Positions 56,818-64,000 of a stretch of 64,000 nt of DNA are shown piece after piece; the first letter of the stretch is position 1, and each line of letters starts with the position of its first letter. Under the pieces are notes generated by a model, which was not told where the DNA came from, searched no databases, and saw nothing but the letters and a program-made list of their open reading frames with translations. Position numbers and translations under genes: made by a program. Source of the stretch: Mantamonas sphyraenae STR306 (lineage: Eukaryota > Protista > CRuMs); the NCBI GenBank assembly GCA_026936335.1, contig JAPMXV010000032.1, positions 186,001 through 250,000 of the forward strand, given 5' to 3'.

Positions 56818-58550
56818 ATGTCGTTTGTCAAAGACACCCACACCGATTCGGACGCACCCAGCCATGTGCGCCGTGGCAAGCGTATGGATGAGGAGACACA
56901 GGAGCGCACTGTGCTCGGTGAAGTGACGAACAAGCAAAGTGTAGGTTGCGCGCGCAAATTAACGGCAGGTGATCACGGGTGGCGGGCTGACACGCAGACC
57001 CACCACAGCGCAACGCACGCACAAAGGGCAAGCAAGCAGCGTCTCGCACGAGCCGTACGCATACACGATCGCGCCAGGAGCGCAGCGTGAGCGTGGTGGT
57101 GGACAGTGGCATGGAGCTGGAGACGGCGTCGTCGTCGTCGTCGTCTTCGGCTGCCAAGGATGAGCTGGCGAGCAGCACGTCGTTTGGCTCGGACGTCGAC
57201 GTCGACGTGGACCTGGACCTGGACGAAATGACCACCACCACGGCGGTGGCGGCCACAACAGGTAATGTGTGGAGAGAGGAAGAGAGAGAGAGGGAGGGAA
57301 GAGGGGTTTGGAGGTGCAGGAGCAAGAGCCCGCGCGCGCTCTTTTGCTTTTCGAGCCGTCACGATTCGCACTTGCGGCAGCGGCGAATGTTTGGACACAG
57401 GGCTGACACGGGAAGGGATATGTGCGGCTGTGGGGACCTGCGTTGTCCATGTGCATTTGTGGCTGGGTGGGGTGACCTGCACAGACTCGATGGACGCATA
57501 CAGCGTCGAGTTTGACGTGGACAAGGACGACCAGTACGACCCGCAACAAGCAGGACAGTACGCGGAGGATATCTACGCGTACCTGCACGACAACGCCCAG
57601 CGCTTCCGCCCCAACGAGGAGTACATGGGCACGGTGCAGACGGACATCAACCGCAACATGCGCTCGATCCTGATGGACTGGCTGGTCGAGGTGGCCGAGG
57701 AATACCGCCTGGTGAGCGATTCGCTTTTCCTGGCCGTCAACTACATCGACCGCTACCTGTCAATCGAGAGCGTGTCGCGCTCCAAGCTGCAGCTGGTGGG
57801 CATCACGGGCATGTTCATCGCCAGCAAGTACGAAGAGGTGTATGCGCCGTCCGTGGAGGACTTTGTGTACATCTCCGACTACACCTACAACCGCAACGAG
57901 GTCCTCAACCTCGAGGCCAAGATGATCGAGGCCCTTGAGTTCAACCTTACCTGCGCCACCTCCAAGGTCTTTCTTCGCCGCCTCCTCAAGGTGGCAGACG
58001 CCGATGCGCGCACTCGCCTTCTCGCCAGCGTACGTTCTTGCCCTGTTCCTTGCCCTGCCTTTTGTCCAGCCGTGTATTTTGCGATGCTTGCTCTCTGCGT
58101 AGTCCCATGTCCACGTTTGCCCACGCGTTGGGTGCCTGGAAGTGGCCGTGGCCTGTGCGGTGGGGCTCGCGCGCCATTTTCGTTGAGCTAGTTCCTGACA
58201 ACCGACCGTGATCCCCCGAATGTGCTGCGATACAGTTCCTCACCGAACTCACGCTTGTCGACTACGACTACTTGGTGTACGAGCCGGCGCTGATTGCCTC
58301 GTGCGCGGTGTATCTGGCCCTGCTCACGCGTGAAAAGACGCCGTGGTCGAGGAAGCTGCAGTTCCACGCCAAGTTTGACGAGGAGCAGATGCGCCCCTGC
58401 CTCAACCAGATGCTCGACACCTTCCGTGCCTCTCGCACCAGCAACCTGCAGGCCGTCCGCGAAAAGTACAGCCAGCCGCGTCTGGGCAACGTGGCAAACA
58501 TGCCCGTGCCGGACGCCATCCCGGAGGAGAACTTTGTGGACGCCATGTGA
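56818..58550 (+). CDS. CCNA: Cyclin A
   Basis: D-box RTVLGEVTN; cyclin box MRSILMDWLVEVAEEYRL, LQLVGIT.MFIASKYEE and YISDYTY; C-terminal QAVREKY. Exons approximately 56818-~56940 (start and donor uncertain), 56998-57261, 57485-58029 and 58236-58550. Confidence 0.92.
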
Positions 58551-58706
58551 ACAGCACACCGGTCATTCTCTGCCTACCAAGCCAACCTCAACCCATCTGC
58601 ATTATTTTTTTTCACCACCTCTCGTGTGGGCGGGCGAATGAAACTTCCACTTCCACTGCATCGCCGCTGCGCCGGCCGGGCCACACGTTCTGCTGCTCCA
58701 CACGCG

Positions 58707-61700
58707 ATGGGAAACCAATTGGCCAGCATTTCCATCAGCACCATCGAGGCGTGTCTGGTCGACTTGCCACACGTCACCCTCGACGAGTCCCTTGGGCCCG
58801 GCCGCTTCCTGAAGACGGTCAAGGCAAACACCGTGTCCGGGCCTGTCGTGCTAAAGATGTATATCAAGAGCAGCGCAGACGAACAGCTATCCAAGGAGCT
58901 AGTGCGTCTGAAAGGTCAGTGTCCGCGCGTGGGGTTGTGTTTGCCATCCCCTTGTGTTTGCAAAGGCGGGGTTTGCGTGTTGCTCACTCCCAAGGGCCGG
59001 TCCTCCCATTGCGTCATGCAGACCTCAAGCAGAAGATCAGCACACACAAACACCCCCACCTGCTGCCCTTTGGTTACTTTTTCGAATCGGAAAAGGCTGC
59101 CTTTGTTGCTCGCCAGTACATGTACATCTCGCTCACAGAGCGCATCGGGTCAGTGTCGCCATCTTTGCTCCACGATCGCTTTTCCCCGCGGCACTTGCCC
59201 ACCTGAATGTCGGCGCCGCATACTGTGCACGCTGCGTCTCATTTTGCATGTTTGCCATCGCGTGCCCCTGTCGTTTGCCTCGTGCTTGGCCACTAACTCT
59301 GCTGACGTGCCGCCTCGTTTGCGAAACCCTCTCAGCACGCGACCCTTTCTCAAGGAGGTCGAAAAGTGCTGGATCACCTTCCAGCTGCTCAGGGCTCTGG
59401 CCGACGCACATGCACAAGGGGTCGTGCACGGCGACATCAAGTCTGAGAATGTGCTGCTTACAACCTTTAGCTGGGCCTACCTTGCCGACTTTACCGAGTT
59501 CAAAAAGCCCTTTCTGCCTGCTGTACGTCTCGTCTCGCCCCGGCCAGCCTTCCCACACACACACACACACGCACACACACATCTCTGGCCGACTCCTGCC
59601 TGAGCATCAGTCTCCAATCCTGCTGGCTGCCCAATGGCGCACACCGACCTGCCATGTCTGCCACGGCGTCGTCCAAAGCAGTGTGCGCTGACTCACGAAT
59701 CCCTCACGTCCCGGCTTTCCCGGTCCGCCCCTGCCTCCACGTGCTCACACACACACACACGCAAACCACACACAGGACAACCCGGCCGACTTTTCGTTCT
59801 ACTTTGACTCGTCGGGCAAGCGCACGTGCTATGTGGCGCCCGAGCGTTTTGTGGACGCAGACGAAACAAAGCCACCCGTCGTTGTTCAGCCCAGTGCCGA
59901 TGTGTTTTCGCTCGGCTGCGTGTTGGCAGAGCTGTTTCTGGAGGGAGAAACGCTTTTCAACCTCTCTCGTCTGCTCGACTATCGTGCAGGGAGCTACGAC
60001 CCGTCCAACAAGCTCAAGCAAATCGAGAACGAGGCGGTGCGTTCGCTCATCACCTCCATGCTTGCACGCAACGCAGACGAGCGCCCCACTGCACAGCAGT
60101 GCCTCGAAAACGGCCTCGGCTCTGTGTTCCCGCACTGCTTTGAAACATTTATCCATCCCCTGCTCGAAAACATGGTCAACGCAAACGCCGACGAACGCAT
60201 CCACATGATCCACCATTACCGCCACCACATCGCACGCATCCTCCGCACAAATGGAAGCAACGACGAGGAGGATGCAAAGATGGATCTTGGGGCAGACGCT
60301 GCAGATGCAGATGCGCACACAGATGAGGAGCAGAAGCTCCCGTCCTCGTTGACAAAGCAGCGCTCGACAGGCACGGCCTCGGCTACGCACCCGTCTCTGG
60401 CTCGCAAGACGTCACGCAACCTGTCCAGCTCCTCCTCATTCTCCGAGAGCGACTTTGACCCCCTCTTGGAGGATGTGCGTACAAACATGGCCAACACAGA
60501 AGCGTCGCTGCAGACGAGCCAAGCACTACTCGACAGACTCACCACGGACACGTCGCCTTCTGCCGACGACCAACAGGACGGCGAGGCCAACGGCGACACA
60601 GACATCGTTCCCGCCAAGCAGATGGCAGACGTCACACGCATTGTGGAAACCATGATCACAGGCGAGACTCTGCTGCGACGCAAACACCACAGTGCACGCG
60701 TGCTGGCTTCACTGTCGTCACCCTCCTCCTCCTCCTCCTCCTCCTCCTCTTCTTCCTCCTCCGCAGAGGTCTCTGATGACACGGGCGTGGCCACGGTGAA
60801 GCCTGCCGGCATTGACACGCTGCTGCAACAGAGCCACCACCACCGAGAGGAATCACCCAGCTTTGTGGTTCTGATTGGCCTTGTGTGCGCAAGCATGCGC
60901 AGCGTGGCCTTTCCTGCATCCAAAATCCTGGCCATGGATTTGCTGCTGGACATTGCAGAGCACGTGAGCGACGAAATCGCCCTCGAGCGCATCCTCCCCT
61001 ACTTTATTGCCATGCTCAGCGATTCGACGCCGCTCGTGCGTGCCTCTGCAGTGCGCTCGCTCGTTGCTCTCATCCAGCTCGTAGAGGAGCTGGACAAACC
61101 CAACATGAACGTGGTTGCAGAGTACATCTTGCCGGCCATCACCGAACTGGCCGAAGACGACTCTGACCTCGTGCGTCTGACGCTCGCCCAGAATGCAGCT
61201 CTGCTTGCCGAAGGCACGGCCCGCCTGCTCAATTTGGCAGAGAGTGTGCGCAGCGACCTACTCATCGAGCAGCATCTGGCCAACAACGCGTCGTCGATTT
61301 TGGGCTCGTTCGACCAAGATCTGGACCAGCTGCGCGATGCCATCCACGAACTGACGTGGCAGTTCCTCCTGAACGCCCCCTTTGAGGTCAAGCGCGCATT
61401 TCTCTACGACATCGCCCGCATGTGTACATTCATGGGCCCCGAAAAGACAAACGACACGATCCTGCCGCTCATCATCACCTTTCTCAACGACCAAGACTGG
61501 CACCTGCGCAGCGCACTCTTCCACTCCATCCCAGAGATTGCCGTTATTGTGGGCACCAACAGCCTGGAGGCCTTTATCCTGCCGTGCATCATCCAGGCGC
61601 TCACGGACGTGGTGGACATTGTGGTGGAAAAGGCCTTGGCCTGCCTTGCGTGCTTGGCCGAGGCCGGCATGCTTAACCGCAGCGTGATGGTGGATATCAC

Positions 61701-64000
61701 CACACGTGTGGCGCCGCTACTGGTACACCCCACGAGCTGGCTGCGCATGGGAGCGGTGGCGTACATTTCCAGCGTTGCCGCCACGATGGATATCGCTGAC
61801 CTGCACTGTTTCATCATGCCGCACGTACGACCCTTTCTCACCTCGGATGTGTTTGAAATCGACCCTGTGGCCCTACTCAGTGTGCTTGCCGAACCCGTGC
61901 GTGCCGAACTGTTCTACTCCGTGCTGCGCGTTTCCGCCGAACAGGGCGACATGTTTCTCGACGTCATCACCGACGAAGAGATGGCGCAAATGACATCCTC
62001 CCTTCTGGTGGACAACATGGGCCGTGCGCCCTCCATGCTGAACAGCATGGGTGCGGTTCAGGTGACCCCGTCGGAAAACAAGATCCTCAACGCGATGAAG
62101 ACGTACATCATGAGCGCGTGCCACGCGTACCACAACAAGTGGAATAACCAGGGCGGTGGAAGCAGCAGTGGTGGGGGCAGTGGCAACGGAGACGACGACA
62201 CGGGGCCGCTGTCGGCCAACCTGCGTGTGCAGGGTCTGGTTGCAAACAGGGTGCTTGTGATCCGCAGCACGCTGCAGCGGCCACATGACTACTTCTTGGG
62301 CGACCACTTCAACACCAGTTGCCTGTTCAAGCAAAAGTGGCTGGATCTGTTTGCCGACAACGGTGTGCACATCGACACGGAGCAGCTGACAGACCGCTTC
62401 TTTGCACCACACTCGGCCTCGCTGGGCCGTACTGCGTATTATCCCGAGGGCATCAAGTGGGACACATCTGCATCGGACGGGGTGGGCGCGGTGGTTGTGA
62501 GCAGCCTGGCGATGCTGAACGATGTGGACGACGGCGGCGACGAGCCAGGCAGTCCACTGTCGGTGAGCTCCTCCACAGGATCCATCGACGAAGAGACGGA
62601 CAGGCGAGTAGCACGACGCAAAACAATGAGCAAGCGCAAGACAATGCGCAAGACAGCAAGCGAGTCGGCCAAGCATGGCAAAGGCAGCCTGGGTGCACGT
62701 GTGCGTGACGCCTCGCTGTCGTACCACCCTGCGTCTGCGTCGCTGCGTCCATTGTCGCTGGACGTGCGTGCGCTTGTGCTGGGTAAGCCCGTACGAGACT
62801 CTGTGACGGGGTCGAATCTGCTCAACTGGCGTCCAAAGGGCAATCTTGTGGCGCACCTGTCGGAGCACAGAGCCAAAATCAACTGCGTGGCGGTGGCGCC
62901 GGACAACGTGTTCTTTGCCAGCGGGTCGGACGATGGCACAGTGCGCATTTGGGATGTGGAACGGCTGGGCCACAACGCAACGAACCGATCGCGCGGGATG
63001 TACTCTGCCCAGGGCGACCGCATCACGTGCATGACCTTTCTCAAGGGCTCACACTCGCTGGCGTGTGGTTCTTCCAACGGCACCGTGCTGGTACTGTACA
63101 TTCCGGTGTACCTGACAACGTCGATCACGCGCTACGAGGCGCCGCGTGTCGTGACGCGCGTGGATCTGGACGAGGGAGCCATCACACACATGGTGCACTA
63201 CATCGACCCGGGCTCCATGGAGTCGTTGCTGTTGTTTAGCACGGCCGAGGGCAACGTGCACGCGTACGACCTGTATATGGATCGACAGGCATGGGTGCTG
63301 CGCAGCGGCACCAAGTACGGAGCAATCACAAGCATTGATGCATCTTCGGACGGCGTGCTGCTGGTGGCAGGCACCTCACGTGGTTGTTTGCTCGTGTGGG
63401 ATCTGCGTTTCAGGCTGTTGGTGGATGTGTGGTACCTGCCCAAGATGGGGCACGTGTTCAGTGTTCGTTTCAACCGCTCGACCATCCGCCAGAGCAACGT
63501 GCCGCTGGTGTACGTGTGTGCAGGCGAAAACATGGTTTTGGTCTTTGATGTGGACGAGGGCAGGTGCCTGCAGGTGTTCTCTGTGAATCAGGGGGTGGAC
63601 ACAAACAGCCACGCAGCAGACATGCTCGTGGACAACGACTTTGTGTCCTTGCTGTCCGCCAAAAGCAAGAGCCGTGACGCGGTCGGAGTCGGAGTCGACG
63701 ACAAAAAGCAGGAGCTGGAAGACATCCTGAGCCAAGTGGAAACAGAGATGCAACCGTGCACACACTCGATGCGCTGCATGCTGTCACCATCCCAGTCGCC
63801 CTACATCATCACCGCAGGCACAGACCGCCAGATCCGCTATTGGGATCTCACCAACGGTGCGTCGTCGTTCATTGTGGCTGGAGACATGTGCGACGAGATC
63901 AACTGGGAGGCGGAGGTGGCCAGCGCAAGCAGCAGCAGTAGCAGCGCATCGTCAGCTTCCAACTCGGAGCAGCAAAGCTCGAGTTCGCTGTCCATGCGTG
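58707..64000 (+). CDS. VPS15: VPS15/PIK3R4 (kinase-like + HEAT + WD40); runs off the window end
   Basis: MGNQL myristoylation start. Exons 58707-58914, 59022-59148, 59336-59522 and 59776->64000 (frame checked at several points; absent from the ORF track because it has no stop). Motifs HGDIKSENVL, DNPADFSFYFD...CYVAPERF, IITFLNDQDW, WRPKGNLVAHLSEH, ASGSDDGTVRIWD and TAGTDRQIRYWDL. Confidence 0.95.

Noticed and set aside
1-64000. Non-standard genetic code or non-canonical introns
   Set aside because: Conserved motifs translate correctly, TAA, TAG and TGA all serve as stops, and every reconstructed intron is GT-AG.

Overview
Very gene-dense, GC-rich eukaryotic nuclear DNA with GT-AG introns and the standard code, most likely from a flagellated heterotrophic protist (inference; the taxon cannot be named from sequence alone). 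About 28 protein genes were reconstructed by hand splicing. In order: DHHC palmitoyltransferase, GNB1L/ASA1-like WD40 protein, TXNDC17, PABPN1, a head-to-head pair of split ATP-citrate lyase subunits, formate-THF ligase, SDA1, a 63-aa COX4-like gene absent from the ORF track, Derlin, a tail-anchored RING-like/MYND protein, a PAQR receptor, a ~2819-aa secreted protein with seven Cys-rich beta-prism-like modules, a coiled-coil protein, a cytosolic carboxypeptidase, NXT1, an importin-alpha-like protein, mevalonate kinase, a CCDC174-like protein, a Sec7 GEF, a Kazal protein, a ferlin, a PH-PH-(AEEEAAAAKK)n-PH-IQ-LRR protein, PRIM1, an ESRP/Fusilli-like pseudo-exonuclease+qRRM protein, two hypotheticals, cyclin A and VPS15 (truncated by the window end). 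Many intergenic spacers are only 3-85 bp, shorter than the introns. No rRNA, tRNA, CRISPR or transposon was recognised. The strongest candidate for an undescribed system is the giant secreted protein with multivalent lectin-like and possibly membrane-active regions (19179-27889). All family assignments come from motif recognition by eye; no database search was run.
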